Positions 52,128 through 62,041 of a stretch of DNA of 64,000 nucleotides are shown here, one piece after another. Position 1 is the first letter of the stretch; each line of letters opens with the position of its first letter. Both the position numbers and the translations under genes were made by a program. The stretch comes from Dehalococcoidia bacterium (GTDB lineage: Bacteria > Chloroflexota > Dehalococcoidia > Plut-88900): assembly GCA_965207225.1 (NCBI GenBank), contig CBDBLV010000005.1, forward strand, positions 704,001-768,000, given 5' to 3'. The notes beneath the pieces are model-generated. The model made no database searches and was not told the origin of the DNA. It saw nothing but the letters and a program-made list of their open reading frames with translations.

Positions 52128-53345
52128 CTAATGCAACGCCGCCGAAGAAGCCGCCCCCTTCTCATTCACCAGCCGACCATCCCGGAACCTGTCTAACGAG
52201 AACGGCTTGATCAAGTCAGGCGCCTCCCCCGTATCGATTAGCTCCGCCATCATCTTCCCCGATATCGGCGCTGCCTTGAACCCGTACGTCCCCCACCCAC
52301 AGTTAAGCAGGAACCCCTCCAGCCCCGACACCTTCCCCATGATCGGAGCATAGTCCGGTGTCATGTCGCATATCCCCGTCCACTGCCTCAGGATGTTTAT
52401 GTTCTTCAGGAACGGGAACAGCCTCAACGCTCCTGCTGATAGCTCCTCGATCATCGGGAACGTCGATTTGTACGAGTAGCTCGTGTAGTGGTCCACCGCC
52501 CCGCCGATCACCAGCTCCCCCCTGTCTGTCTGGTAGACATAAACATGGAAATTCGTCGATGACACCCCGATGTCCAGCAACGGCTTCAGAGGCTCCGTCA
52601 CCATCGCCTGCAGAGGGTGCGTCACCATCGGCAGGTCAAGCCCGACCATCGCCGCCACACTCGAGGCCCATGCCGCCGTGCAGTTCACCACCATATCCGT
52701 CTGAATCGTTCCCCGGTTTGTCCGTACACCCGTCACCCGACCATTGCTCCGGTTAATAGCGGTGATCTCGGTAAACGGGTGAATCTCCGCACCCTTGCGG
52801 TCGGCGCCCCGGGCGTAGGCCCAGATAACGGCGTCGTGCCGGATCACCCCGCCGGGCGGATGGAATAGACCAGCCAGTACCGGAAGGTCCTTCCCCTCCC
52901 GCATGTCTAACAGGGGAGCTAGTTCTCGAATCCCGTCCAGCCCGACAATCCTGCTGTCCACCCCTAATGCCGCATTAGCATCCGCCCGAAGCCTCAGCGC
53001 ATACACCGACGACTCCGTGTGCGCCAGCTCCAGCCGACCCATCTGGCTGAACAGCAGGTTGTACCCCAGCTCCTGCGACAGGTCTTCATACATCTTCACG
53101 CTTTCGTTGAAGAACGGAATGCCCTCGGGGGTTACGTAGTTGGCCCGGATAATCGCCGTGGACCGAGCGCTCGCCCCTCCCCCCAGGTACCCCTTATCCA
53201 GCACTGCAACGTTGGTGATCCCCTTCTGCCCCAGGTAGTAGGCAATGGCCAGCCCGTGCACCCCCGCCCCGGCTATTACGATGTCATAGCTCTTCTTGAG
53301 GGGCTCGTCCCTCCACATCCGCTCTTTCTTGAACAGCTGGAACAT
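52128..53345 (-). CDS. soxB: Sarcosine oxidase beta / N-methylglutamate dehydrogenase MgdA-like (start 53345)
   Basis: GAGVHGLA, R.T.IIRANY, RHDAV.WAYA, PLQAMVTEP, GWGTYGFKA.P; TAATG coupling with the upstream gene. Confidence 0.9.
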   Translation of the reverse strand: MFQLFKKERMWRDEPLKKSYDIVIAGAGVHGLAIAYYLGQKGITNVAVLDKGYLGGGASARSTAIIRANYVTPEGIPFFNESVKMYEDLSQELGYNLLFSQMGRLELAHTESSVYALRLRADANAALGVDSRIVGLDGIRELAPLLDMREGKDLPVLAGLFHPPGGVIRHDAVIWAYARGADRKGAEIHPFTEITAINRSNGRVTGVRTNRGTIQTDMVVNCTAAWASSVAAMVGLDLPMVTHPLQAMVTEPLKPLLDIGVSSTNFHVYVYQTDRGELVIGGAVDHYTSYSYKSTFPMIEELSAGALRLFPFLKNINILRQWTGICDMTPDYAPIMGKVSGLEGFLLNCGWGTYGFKAAPISGKMMAELIDTGEAPDLIKPFSLDRFRDGRLVNEKGAASSAALH

Positions 53346-54541
53346 TACAGTGGAACCACCCTCAGGCTCCGCTCCTGCGCCGTAAGCGACTCCCAACCCG
53401 TCTCCGTGACCAGTACCGTCTCGCTGAACCCCACCCCCCGCTGCCCCGGAACATGAATAGTCAAAGGAGTGTGAAACACCATGCCCGGCTGCAGCGGCTC
53501 GTCAACGCCCTCGGCTATGAAAATCAGGTCTTCGCCCCAGATCGACGGCACCCCAATCCCGACCGAATACCCGAAGTTCTCGATGAAGAACGCCTCCTCC
53601 GTAACCGGCCCGACCGCCTTCTTGGCCTCCATCGCCACGTCGTGGGCCGTGCGTTCAGGCTTGATGTTGGATGTCAGCACATCGAAGGTCCGAAGCATGG
53701 CGTCGGCCATCCTCTTCGTCAGGTCATCGGGCTCTCCGAAGGTCGCCGTTCGCATCATCAGGGCGTCGTAGCGCTTGTAGGAAGCCCCGAGTTCCATGTA
53801 GATGACATCACCTGGCGCAATCGGGTGCCGGGCGTGGAAAGAGTGGTGAAACCCCGACCTGTAGCCGGTCATGATGTTTTGCCACTTCGTGAAATACTCG
53901 CTGCCGGCTCGGATCATCACCTCGTGGCACGCCGCCGAAAGATCGTTGTCCGTCTTGCCCGGCCCTATCTCCGCCATCGCAGCCTCCACCCCGAGCACCG
54001 TCAGCCGACCAGCCTCCCGAATGTATTCTATCTCCGCCGCCGACTTGCTCTTCCGGACCTCGTACACCAAACGGGAAGCATCTACAAGCGAGGCATTAGG
54101 CAGCATCTCCGTCAGCCTGCGGTGCTGGTTTACGTGCAGCCCCGACACCCCGGTCTCCACGCCAATGGCCTTACTCCCCAGCCCTCTACTCTTCACGATC
54201 TCCGATAGCAGATCCATCGCCCGCGCCGCATCGTAGTAGTGGTAAAGCTCGACGTCCCTCACCCACCCAGTGGCGAACACCGCGCCCAGTTCCACGTCCG
54301 CTATGTGGATTGCCGGGTCTCCATCCATTGGAAGCACCAGGCAGGCATACCGGTTCGGAATTATTGTGTTGTATCCCGTCAGGTAGTACAGGTTAGGAAG
54401 ATGCGTGACCAGAAGGACATCGATTCCCCCATCACCCATCAGCTTGCGTACCTTGGCTATGCGCCCCTGGAACTCCTCCTCGGGAAAGGGAAGCTCAGAG
54501 GGTGTCGGGTTTTCTTGTAGGAATTTTAGTGGGTCCATCAA
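53345..54541 (-). CDS. M24 pita-bread hydrolase, EutD/DoeA/creatinase-like
   Basis: Creatinase_N-like start (LPFPEEEF..RI..V, NLYYLTGY); ELGASYKRY, GYSVGIG.P..WGE, GMVFH, SETVLVTETG. Confidence 0.85.
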   Translation of the reverse strand: MMDPLKFLQENPTPSELPFPEEEFQGRIAKVRKLMGDGGIDVLLVTHLPNLYYLTGYNTIIPNRYACLVLPMDGDPAIHIADVELGAVFATGWVRDVELYHYYDAARAMDLLSEIVKSRGLGSKAIGVETGVSGLHVNQHRRLTEMLPNASLVDASRLVYEVRKSKSAAEIEYIREAGRLTVLGVEAAMAEIGPGKTDNDLSAACHEVMIRAGSEYFTKWQNIMTGYRSGFHHSFHARHPIAPGDVIYMELGASYKRYDALMMRTATFGEPDDLTKRMADAMLRTFDVLTSNIKPERTAHDVAMEAKKAVGPVTEEAFFIENFGYSVGIGVPSIWGEDLIFIAEGVDEPLQPGMVFHTPLTIHVPGQRGVGFSETVLVTETGWESLTAQERSLRVVPL

Positions 54542-54550
54542 TTGGCCTCG

Positions 54551-55294
54551 CTACCAGGGTATCCCCGGGCTGTCTCCCGAGATCCGTTCAAATGCCTCGA
54601 CCCCGACCGGCCCCACCCCCACGCCCTTCCCACCATGCACCATCGCCTCCCACATGTACTCTCCGTAGTCCCGGGTCACGTACAACTGGTAACCGTACTC
54701 CCCCGACACATCACCGCGAACTATCAGCGAATGCACCTCGGCCGTCTTGACCTGAGCGCAGGCTCCATCAAGAAATCGATCGGGGTCCAGGTCCAACTCA
54801 ACTATCCTGGCGAGGGCGTCTCCCACCTTTGGCCCGACCACCCCAATCCCCGCCCACGCCGATGTCAGATCAATCATGTACGCACAACTGGCCAGTTGCT
54901 CTTCCAAAGCCTCCGCCACCGACTCCCGTGCCCCAGGAGAAGTGAACACCATTGCCTCGTCGTACGTCAGTCCCGCTACAGTCACGGACTCCCGACTGTC
55001 CTCACTGGCCGTCGGGCTTGGACACCTTACCGCCTTGCCCACGACGAGGGGTTCCGGCAATGACAGTGCTTGGGCCACTCCGGCCAGCACGTCGGCGCCC
55101 TGGAATGACAGTTTGCCTACCGGGCTGATATCGAAAATGCCCCCGCCTCCTTTCACCCTCGCAACTTCTTCATCAACAGCAGTGTACCGACCCGGGAGTT
55201 TCCATCCGTCCCTGTAGATAAACTCGGCCCCCAGGTCTCGGTGAGCGCCGTGCATGGCCGTCAGCTTTGCAATCGCCGTTGTCATCGATTTCAT
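54551..55294 (-). CDS. soxG: Sarcosine oxidase gamma / MgdD-like (GcvT folate-binding fold)
   Basis: DISPVGK, DLTSA...I.V.GP, LDL, R.YGEYMW; position in operon. Confidence 0.75.
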   Translation of the reverse strand: MKSMTTAIAKLTAMHGAHRDLGAEFIYRDGWKLPGRYTAVDEEVARVKGGGGIFDISPVGKLSFQGADVLAGVAQALSLPEPLVVGKAVRCPSPTASEDSRESVTVAGLTYDEAMVFTSPGARESVAEALEEQLASCAYMIDLTSAWAGIGVVGPKVGDALARIVELDLDPDRFLDGACAQVKTAEVHSLIVRGDVSGEYGYQLYVTRDYGEYMWEAMVHGGKGVGVGPVGVEAFERISGDSPGIPW

Positions 55295-55304
55295 CTACCC
55301 CTGC

Positions 55305-58256
55305 CTACTCCCTCAGGTGAACGCCTTCCGGATCATAGACAGGCGCATGCCGGACGCGAGCCCAGGCCACCCCGCCCGGCGCCCGGATCTCGATAAGCTG
55401 CCCATCAGCGGCCAATCGGTCGGGCACCCATGCCAACCCGAAGCCCTTGCCAATCGAAGGGCTGAACCGGGAGCTCGTGACTTTACCCACCGGCCACCCG
55501 TGCTCCAGCACCGGAGTCCCGTCCTCCGGCACAGCCCCGTTCTCCATCACGAATCCCACCATCCGGTTCCGGTACCCCCGCTCCGACACTTGCCTTAGCG
55601 CCTCCCGCCCTATGAAGTCCCCCTTCTCAAACTTGACCGCCCACTCAAGGTCGGACTCCAGCGGGTTCGACATCACGTCGGTATCCTGGCCCGGAATCAG
55701 GTGCTTCTTCTCCAGCCTGAGCACCCGCTGCGCCTCCACACCGAACGGCGCTATCCCGAACTCCGCCCCGGCCTCCATGATCGACTCCCAAACGTGTTCA
55801 CCATATTCTGCGGGGAAGTGCAGCTCCCACCCCGCCTCCCCCACAAACCCGACTCGCAGGAACAGCGCCGGCACCCCCGCCACCTCCCCCCGGGCGCTGC
55901 GCATATACCTGAACTTGTCCTTGGAGAGGTCAACCTCAGTAAGCTTTTGCAGTGTCTCCCGCGCCTTTGGCCCCGCCACGTTCACCGCACCGAATCCAGG
56001 CGTCACGTTCGCTACGTAAGCGCACATGTCGGTGCCGACTGTCCACCACCGGAACCACTCCTCAACAAGGTCAATGTTCCCCGTACCCGTGGTGACGTAG
56101 TAATGGTCGTCCGCCAGCCGGGTCACAGTGCCGTCGTCCATGATGATCCCGCTGTCGGAGCAGATTACCCCATACCTGATCCTGCCCACCCCGAGATTCG
56201 AGAAGTAGTGCGTGTACACCCTGTCCAGCAGCGCCGGTGCATCCTTCCCCACCACGTCCAGCTTTCCCAATGTGCTCACGTCAATGATACCGACCCGGGT
56301 GCGTACCGCTTCTATCTCATCAATCGGGTCTCCGTAGGAGTGTGGCCTCTTCCACTGCCCGACCTCCGCCATCTTCCCCCCGGCCCTCACGTGAGCGTGA
56401 TGTATAGGGGTCATCCTGAACGGCATGTGGCCCGGCCCTGCAATCGCTCCCAGTGGCGTCGGGTGGAAGGGCGGTCGGGGCGTAGTCCCCCCCACCGCAT
56501 CCAACCCCAGACCCGTCGATTCTGAAATCAGGTACGTGTAGCTCTTATGGCACATCTTCCCTTGGCACGGCCCCATCGAGACTGTGCTGTACCGCTTCAG
56601 CGACTGTACGTCGGCGAATCCTTCGTCGATCGCCTGGCGTACGTCCTTCTCGGTCACGTCTTCGCACAGGCACACGAATCTCTTGGCCCGCCCGAACCTC
56701 TTGCCCACCGTGCTGCGGAACGGAGAAGAAGACATCTCTCCTCTGTGCACCGACTCAGCCAGGGTAAGTTGAGATGCCAGGTCCTCCAGGTTGTCCTCGC
56801 CACCACCCGCCCCCGACGCCGCAGCCGCCTTCAGCCCCGCTATCCTGCCCTGTAGGAGGTGCACCTCCACGTCTTGGAAGCCCGTCACGTCGCCCGCCGC
56901 ATATACGGAGTCCGACAGCTGCGAAGGGACCATGGCGCCTAGCACTTCGTCATAAGTCAACTTGGCGTCAGCTTGTGAGAGAAGCGCAGTAACCGGCTCG
57001 GGGTTGGGCGCCAGGCACAGGAAGTCACAGTCAACGCTCCTCTGGGCCCCCTCCCGCGTGCTTTCCAGCAGCACCGACTTCAACCTCTTGCCGCCTTCCG
57101 CCTTGACTACCTTCCACCCCTGGAGCAGCGTCACGTTCCGTTCCCTGAAGTCCTCTGCAAAGGGACAATTGTGACGCATCCGGGAGTCGACCACTATATG
57201 AGCACCTACTCCCGCATTCAGCAGCTGCGCCGCTGCCCTCAAACCGTCATCGCAGTTGGTGAATATCACCCCTCGGTTGCCGGGACTCACACCATACAGA
57301 TTCACCAGCCTCAGGGCTCCACTGCTGAGCATGACCCCCGGCAAATCATTATTCGGGAACACTGGCGGCGACTCCTGGGCCCCCGTCGCCACCACTACCT
57401 GGTCGGCCCTCAGCTTCACAATCCTCTCACCCTGGTGAACGGTGATCATGTTTCCCTGGTACAGGGCCATCGCCGACGCCCCCGTATACACCCGGATCCA
57501 CCCCGAAGCTTCCACCAACTCGGCAAGATACCTAGCCATCTGGTACCCGAGAGCTGCATAGTCCTCTTCTCCCCCATCCCCCTGCCCCTCCCCAAACCTC
57601 ATCAATGCATCCGGCACCGTGTGCGGCAAAGTTTCATATCTCAGGTGCCCCCCAAGCGCCTCCCCTTCATCGATTAGCGTCACCCGGGCCCCGGCGCCCG
57701 CCGCCGCAAGCGCAGTGCTCATCCCCGCAGGCCCTCCCCCGACCACCGCCACGTCAGTGTACGCATTCACGTGCTCGTACTCGGTGTCCGGCACCCGGCT
57801 CGCGTCCACAGTCCCCAGCCCCGCCACCCGACGAATTACCGGCTCGGCCAGGTGCCACGCTGCCTTGGGCCTGACAAGCGTCTTGTAGTAGAACCCGACC
57901 GGCATCAGCCGATCGAAATGCTGCAGGGCTGATAGGGCGTCGTTCTCTACCGAGGGCCACGCGTTCTGCCCCGTGACCCTTTCGGCATCCGCCGCAGCGC
58001 ACACGCACGCCCTCACATTGGGCGTGCCGTCCACGTTCATCATGCAGTTCGGGCACCGACCCGATACGCACAACAGACCCCTCGGCCTGTGGTACTTGAA
58101 GCTCCGCCCGAAGATGTCTATGCCCGACGCGTACATCGCCGAGGCAACCGTGTCCCCCTTGAAACCCGGGATCCGCCTGCCCTCATACTCGAAACTTATC
58201 GGCTTAGACCGGTCTATGATCTGGGATGGATGGGGCGGAAGCCTTCGCTCTGCCAT
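55305..58256 (-). CDS. soxA: Sarcosine oxidase alpha / MgdC-like (start 58256)
   Basis: GDTVASA, RSFKYHRPRG, GFYYKT, GGGPAG, CLCEDV, MGPCQG, DVSTLGK, LRLEK. Confidence 0.93.
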   Translation of the reverse strand: MAERRLPPHPSQIIDRSKPISFEYEGRRIPGFKGDTVASAMYASGIDIFGRSFKYHRPRGLLCVSGRCPNCMMNVDGTPNVRACVCAAADAERVTGQNAWPSVENDALSALQHFDRLMPVGFYYKTLVRPKAAWHLAEPVIRRVAGLGTVDASRVPDTEYEHVNAYTDVAVVGGGPAGMSTALAAAGAGARVTLIDEGEALGGHLRYETLPHTVPDALMRFGEGQGDGGEEDYAALGYQMARYLAELVEASGWIRVYTGASAMALYQGNMITVHQGERIVKLRADQVVVATGAQESPPVFPNNDLPGVMLSSGALRLVNLYGVSPGNRGVIFTNCDDGLRAAAQLLNAGVGAHIVVDSRMRHNCPFAEDFRERNVTLLQGWKVVKAEGGKRLKSVLLESTREGAQRSVDCDFLCLAPNPEPVTALLSQADAKLTYDEVLGAMVPSQLSDSVYAAGDVTGFQDVEVHLLQGRIAGLKAAAASGAGGGEDNLEDLASQLTLAESVHRGEMSSSPFRSTVGKRFGRAKRFVCLCEDVTEKDVRQAIDEGFADVQSLKRYSTVSMGPCQGKMCHKSYTYLISESTGLGLDAVGGTTPRPPFHPTPLGAIAGPGHMPFRMTPIHHAHVRAGGKMAEVGQWKRPHSYGDPIDEIEAVRTRVGIIDVSTLGKLDVVGKDAPALLDRVYTHYFSNLGVGRIRYGVICSDSGIIMDDGTVTRLADDHYYVTTGTGNIDLVEEWFRWWTVGTDMCAYVANVTPGFGAVNVAGPKARETLQKLTEVDLSKDKFRYMRSARGEVAGVPALFLRVGFVGEAGWELHFPAEYGEHVWESIMEAGAEFGIAPFGVEAQRVLRLEKKHLIPGQDTDVMSNPLESDLEWAVKFEKGDFIGREALRQVSERGYRNRMVGFVMENGAVPEDGTPVLEHGWPVGKVTSSRFSPSIGKGFGLAWVPDRLAADGQLIEIRAPGGVAWARVRHAPVYDPEGVHLRE

Positions 58257-58257
58257 T

Positions 58258-58542
58258 TCAGCCCCTCTCCCCTGAGGATTGCACGGGCCCCTCACCCGGC
58301 CAGAACGTCGCCGACACGCTGTTGTTCAGGGTGTTCCGCTCTGCCTGGAACCACCGTCGGCACCCGTACTTGTGGTACCACCACTCCCGCTGCAACCCAG
58401 CCACGTTCTTACGCACGTAGAAATACGCCGACCAAGTCTCCTCGGAGTCCCCCGGCGAGGGGCGAGCCGTAACCTCGCCCCCGTATCGGAAGTCGTTGAC
58501 GGAACGGGAGCCGCAGTTTGGGCAGTTCAGCAGGAAGGACAT
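58258..58542 (-). CDS. soxD: Sarcosine oxidase delta / MgdB-like
   Basis: CPNCG.R...F.YGG, EWWYH..GC..WF...RNT. Confidence 0.93.
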   Translation of the reverse strand: MSFLLNCPNCGSRSVNDFRYGGEVTARPSPGDSEETWSAYFYVRKNVAGLQREWWYHKYGCRRWFQAERNTLNNSVSATFWPGEGPVQSSGERG

Positions 58543-58636
58543 ATCAGCACCCGCGACTGACCACTGCCCGTGAACAGGTTGGAGGATTCGATGGGATGAA
58601 GGCGTTAAGGCTCAACAGACCGGATCGACCGGGCCC

Positions 58637-59995
58637 CTAGAACATCGTGAGGTACCGGTCCACCTCCCATTGGCTCACCTGCCGGTGGTAGTCGGCCCAC
58701 TCCGCCTCTTTCACCTTTACAAACTCGTCGTAGATAGGCCCGAGCGCCGCCTGCACGACCTCGTCGTTCTTGAGCTCGTTGAGGGCCTCGGGAAGGCTCT
58801 GGGGTAATACCCGGATCCCGCGTCTCTGAATTTCTTCCATCCCAAGGGCGTAGGTGTTCTCAAAGTTGGCCTTGCCAGGGTCTATCTCGTTCTTCACCCC
58901 GTCCATCCCCGCCGACACATATGCCGTGAAAGCCAAATACGGGTTGCACCCCGAGGACATCGTCCGGTCCTCCAGGTGCCCGGGGCCCGCTGTCCGTATC
59001 ATCTGCGTCCGGTTGTTATCTCCGTACGAAATGAACGCCGGCGTCCACGTGAACCCCGACCTCGATCCCGTCAGCGCCGACCCCATCTGTAGCCGCTTGT
59101 AGCAGTTCACAGTAGGTGAGTTGATCGCACACAGCGCCGGCGCATGCTTCAGAATCCCCCCGATGAAGTGGTAGGCCATCTTGGAGAGCCCTAGACCCTG
59201 CTCATCATCGTGGTCTATCAACACATTCTCCCCAGACTTCGCATCAGCAACGTGGAAGTGGATGTGTCCCCCGCTCCCCGTCCTGTCCGCAAACGGCTTG
59301 GGCATGTGTGTTGCAATCGCCCCGTGCTTCCGGGCCACCTGGCTCGTCATCATCTTGAAGAACGTGTAACGGTCTGCGGTGGTGAGGGCGTCGGCGTAGT
59401 CGAAGTTGATTTCGTATTGCCCGCTCCCGTCCTCGTGGTCCGACTGATAAACACCGTATCCCAGTCCGTTTAGCCCCGCGGTCATCTCCTTCAGGTATCC
59501 GAGTACCCCCGAAATCCCCTTGTAGTCGTAGCAAGGCTTCTCTAGGTTGTCCACGTTCGCCGGGTCGAAGATGCGTATCGAGCCGTCCTCATTTTTCAGT
59601 ACTAGGAAGTGCTCGGGCTCAATCCCGACATTAAACACATACCCCTGGTTCCGCAGTTCACCCAGCACCTTCTTCATGTGCTGCCGGGGGCAATACGGGT
59701 GGGGCTCTCCATCCACAAATAGATCGGAGGCAAACCGAGCAGTTTCCCCATCCCAGGGCAGTCGCGTGTAGCTGTCTAGGTCAATGCGGGCCAGCATGTC
59801 GTGATCGTTTGGCCCCTGCCCCATCCCGTGCAGCGACCCCCCCGCAAACCCCGCCCCCTCATCAATCACGTCGTCAAAACTGGACGCGGGCACCAGCTTC
59901 ACCTTCGCCGCCCCGTGAATGTCGACGAACTGCGTCAGGATGTACTTGATCCCATCCCGGGTCATCTGCTCGCGTATCTGCTCTCTGTTGGCCAT
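58637..59995 (-). CDS. gmaS: Gamma-glutamylmethylamide synthetase (type III glutamine synthetase-like)
   Basis: AKVKLVP, GAGFAG, KPCYD, YQSDHED, MPKPF..RTGSG, YGDNNRT; adjacent to mgsABC. Confidence 0.9.
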   Translation of the reverse strand: MANREQIREQMTRDGIKYILTQFVDIHGAAKVKLVPASSFDDVIDEGAGFAGGSLHGMGQGPNDHDMLARIDLDSYTRLPWDGETARFASDLFVDGEPHPYCPRQHMKKVLGELRNQGYVFNVGIEPEHFLVLKNEDGSIRIFDPANVDNLEKPCYDYKGISGVLGYLKEMTAGLNGLGYGVYQSDHEDGSGQYEINFDYADALTTADRYTFFKMMTSQVARKHGAIATHMPKPFADRTGSGGHIHFHVADAKSGENVLIDHDDEQGLGLSKMAYHFIGGILKHAPALCAINSPTVNCYKRLQMGSALTGSRSGFTWTPAFISYGDNNRTQMIRTAGPGHLEDRTMSSGCNPYLAFTAYVSAGMDGVKNEIDPGKANFENTYALGMEEIQRRGIRVLPQSLPEALNELKNDEVVQAALGPIYDEFVKVKEAEWADYHRQVSQWEVDRYLTMF

Positions 59996-60042
59996 CCTTA
60001 GCTCCGGTTTGGGTTCTGGAAATATGCTCGTGGTGAGAAAGA

Positions 60043-61347
60043 TTAGTCGAAGCCGAACACCTTGTCCGTCCCGACCAGCGGGATCCGCGCCATCGCCGAC
60101 GCCTCGATGGTCAGCGCCGCCATGTCTTCGGGCTCCAGGCTGTGTACGTCGCTCTTGCCCAGCGACCGCGTGATCAGCGCCAGCTCCATCGTCATCGCGT
60201 TCAGGAAATTCGCCACCCGTGCCCCGGCCTCATCAGGGTCCAGCCGTTTCATCAGCTCCGTGTCCTGGGTTGCTATGCCCACCGGGCACTTGCCCGTCTG
60301 GCAGTGGTGGCACATCCCCGCCGGCACCCCGACTTCCTCTTCGAAGTTCGCCTCTGGAATGTCCCGGTTGCAGTTCAACGCTATCAGTGCCGCAATTCCG
60401 ATCGCTACCGCATCCGCCCCTAAGGCCAGCGCCTTCGCCACGTCCACCCCGCTCCTGATCCCACCCGACGCTATCAACGCCACCTTCCCGTACATCCCGA
60501 TCTCTCGCAAAGCCTCCCTGGCCAGCACAATCGCCGGCACCGTCGGAATTCCCGAGTGGTCCAGCAATATCTCCGACGACGCCCCCGTCCCTGCCAGCAT
60601 GCTGTCGATGACTATCGCATCAGCCCCGGCCTTGGCCGCCAGCTTGACGTCATCCTTCACCCGACAGGCCCCCAGCTTCACGGTGACCGGGACCCGCCAG
60701 TCGGTTGCTTCCCGCAGCTGCTCGATCTTGATCGGCAGGTCATCGGGCCCGAGCCAGTCCGGGTGCCGGGTCGGCGACCGCTGGTCGATCCCCGTGGGGA
60801 GGTCCCGCATCTCCGCGATATGGTCCAGCACCTTGACGCCCATCAGCATCCCGCCCGTGCCGGGCTTTGCACCCTGGCCCACGCATATCTCTATGCAGTC
60901 GGCCATCATGATGTGATGAGGGTTCACGCCGTACCGGCTGGGCAGTATCTGGTATATCAGCTTCTCGGAAGCTTCCCGCTCGGCCATCAGCATTCCACCG
61001 TCGCCCGTGCACGTTGCCGTCCCCACCTCCGACGCACCCTTCCCCAGCGCAATCTTGGCGTTGCGGGAAAGGGCGCCATAGCTCATGCCCGTGATGTATA
61101 TGGGAGTCTCCAGCACCAGGGGATTCTTGGCGTTGCCCTCACCGATGACTACCTGTGTGCTGCACTTCTCCTTATATCCTTCCAGCGGGATCCTGGTCAG
61201 ACCCGTGGAGAGAAACGTCAAATCATCGAAATGAGTGACTTTTTGGAAGGAAGAAAAGCCCCGTATCCGGTAGCGGCCAAGGTCAGCCTTGGCGTGGATG
61301 TCTTCCATCACCCAGGGGGAATAAATCTGGCTGCTGTTCATCACCAT
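60043..61347 (-). CDS. mgsC: N-methylglutamate synthase FMN subunit (GlxD)
   Basis: MSYGALS, GDGGM, GQGAKPG.GG.L.G.K, DQRS..RHPDW.GPDDL, CHHCQTGKC. Confidence 0.92.
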   Translation of the reverse strand: MVMNSSQIYSPWVMEDIHAKADLGRYRIRGFSSFQKVTHFDDLTFLSTGLTRIPLEGYKEKCSTQVVIGEGNAKNPLVLETPIYITGMSYGALSRNAKIALGKGASEVGTATCTGDGGMLMAEREASEKLIYQILPSRYGVNPHHIMMADCIEICVGQGAKPGTGGMLMGVKVLDHIAEMRDLPTGIDQRSPTRHPDWLGPDDLPIKIEQLREATDWRVPVTVKLGACRVKDDVKLAAKAGADAIVIDSMLAGTGASSEILLDHSGIPTVPAIVLAREALREIGMYGKVALIASGGIRSGVDVAKALALGADAVAIGIAALIALNCNRDIPEANFEEEVGVPAGMCHHCQTGKCPVGIATQDTELMKRLDPDEAGARVANFLNAMTMELALITRSLGKSDVHSLEPEDMAALTIEASAMARIPLVGTDKVFGFD

Positions 61348-61357
61348 GGCTGTATCC

Positions 61358-62041
61358 TTAGACCACCCTCTTTTCGAAGCGCTCTAGGGCGTCGAAATGG
61401 TACAACTTCTTCGCCGAGACCACTTTCTTGAACTGGAACCGCTCCGTGATCCCGAAGCTTTCCAGAGTTTCCCACACCCGCAGAAGCTCGTCCTCGGAAG
61501 GCGTTTCTTCCTTCGCGTCGCTCCCTAATGACCCGATATTACCTGCCACGTAGATCTCTCCCTCGTACATCGAGTCCCCCACAGCATCCCCGACGTCGCC
61601 GCAGATGATTATCCGACCCTTCTGCATCATGTAGCCGGTCAGGAATCCCGAGTTGCCCCGGATTATCAGGTCCCCGCCCTTCATCGATATCCCCGCCCTC
61701 GCACCTGCATCCCCACCCACGAACAGCTCACCACCCCGCAAAGTCGCCCCCACCGATGCCCCGGCGTTCCTGGTCAGGGTGATTCGCCCGCTCATCATGT
61801 TTTCGCCCAGGGCCCAGCCCGCGTTTCCGTTGATGGTCACGTCGGGACCGTCCAGCAGGCTGGCGCACAGGTACCCCACGCTCCCGTCGACGGTTATCTT
61901 GCAGTCCTGCAGCACCCCGATTACCAGGTTGTGCCGGGCCTGCGGGTCTAGGATTCGCACTTCCTGCCCTTCCTTGACCAGCTCCTTCACCCGGGTGTTG
62001 ATCTCCCGGATCGTCATGTCTCTTGCGTTTATATCAGCCAA
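61358..62041 (-). CDS. mgsB: N-methylglutamate synthase GXGXG subunit (GlxC)
   Basis: GSVGY, GNAG..ENMMSG, GDAGAR.GISMKG, GDSMYE, SLGSD. Confidence 0.9.
   Translation of the reverse strand: MADINARDMTIREINTRVKELVKEGQEVRILDPQARHNLVIGVLQDCKITVDGSVGYLCASLLDGPDVTINGNAGWALGENMMSGRITLTRNAGASVGATLRGGELFVGGDAGARAGISMKGGDLIIRGNSGFLTGYMMQKGRIIICGDVGDAVGDSMYEGEIYVAGNIGSLGSDAKEETPSEDELLRVWETLESFGITERFQFKKVVSAKKLYHFDALERFEKRVV

Noticed and set aside
53345-54541. Housekeeping Xaa-Pro aminopeptidase
   Set aside because: Canonical metal ligands appear substituted; motifs fit the EutD/creatinase-like group better.
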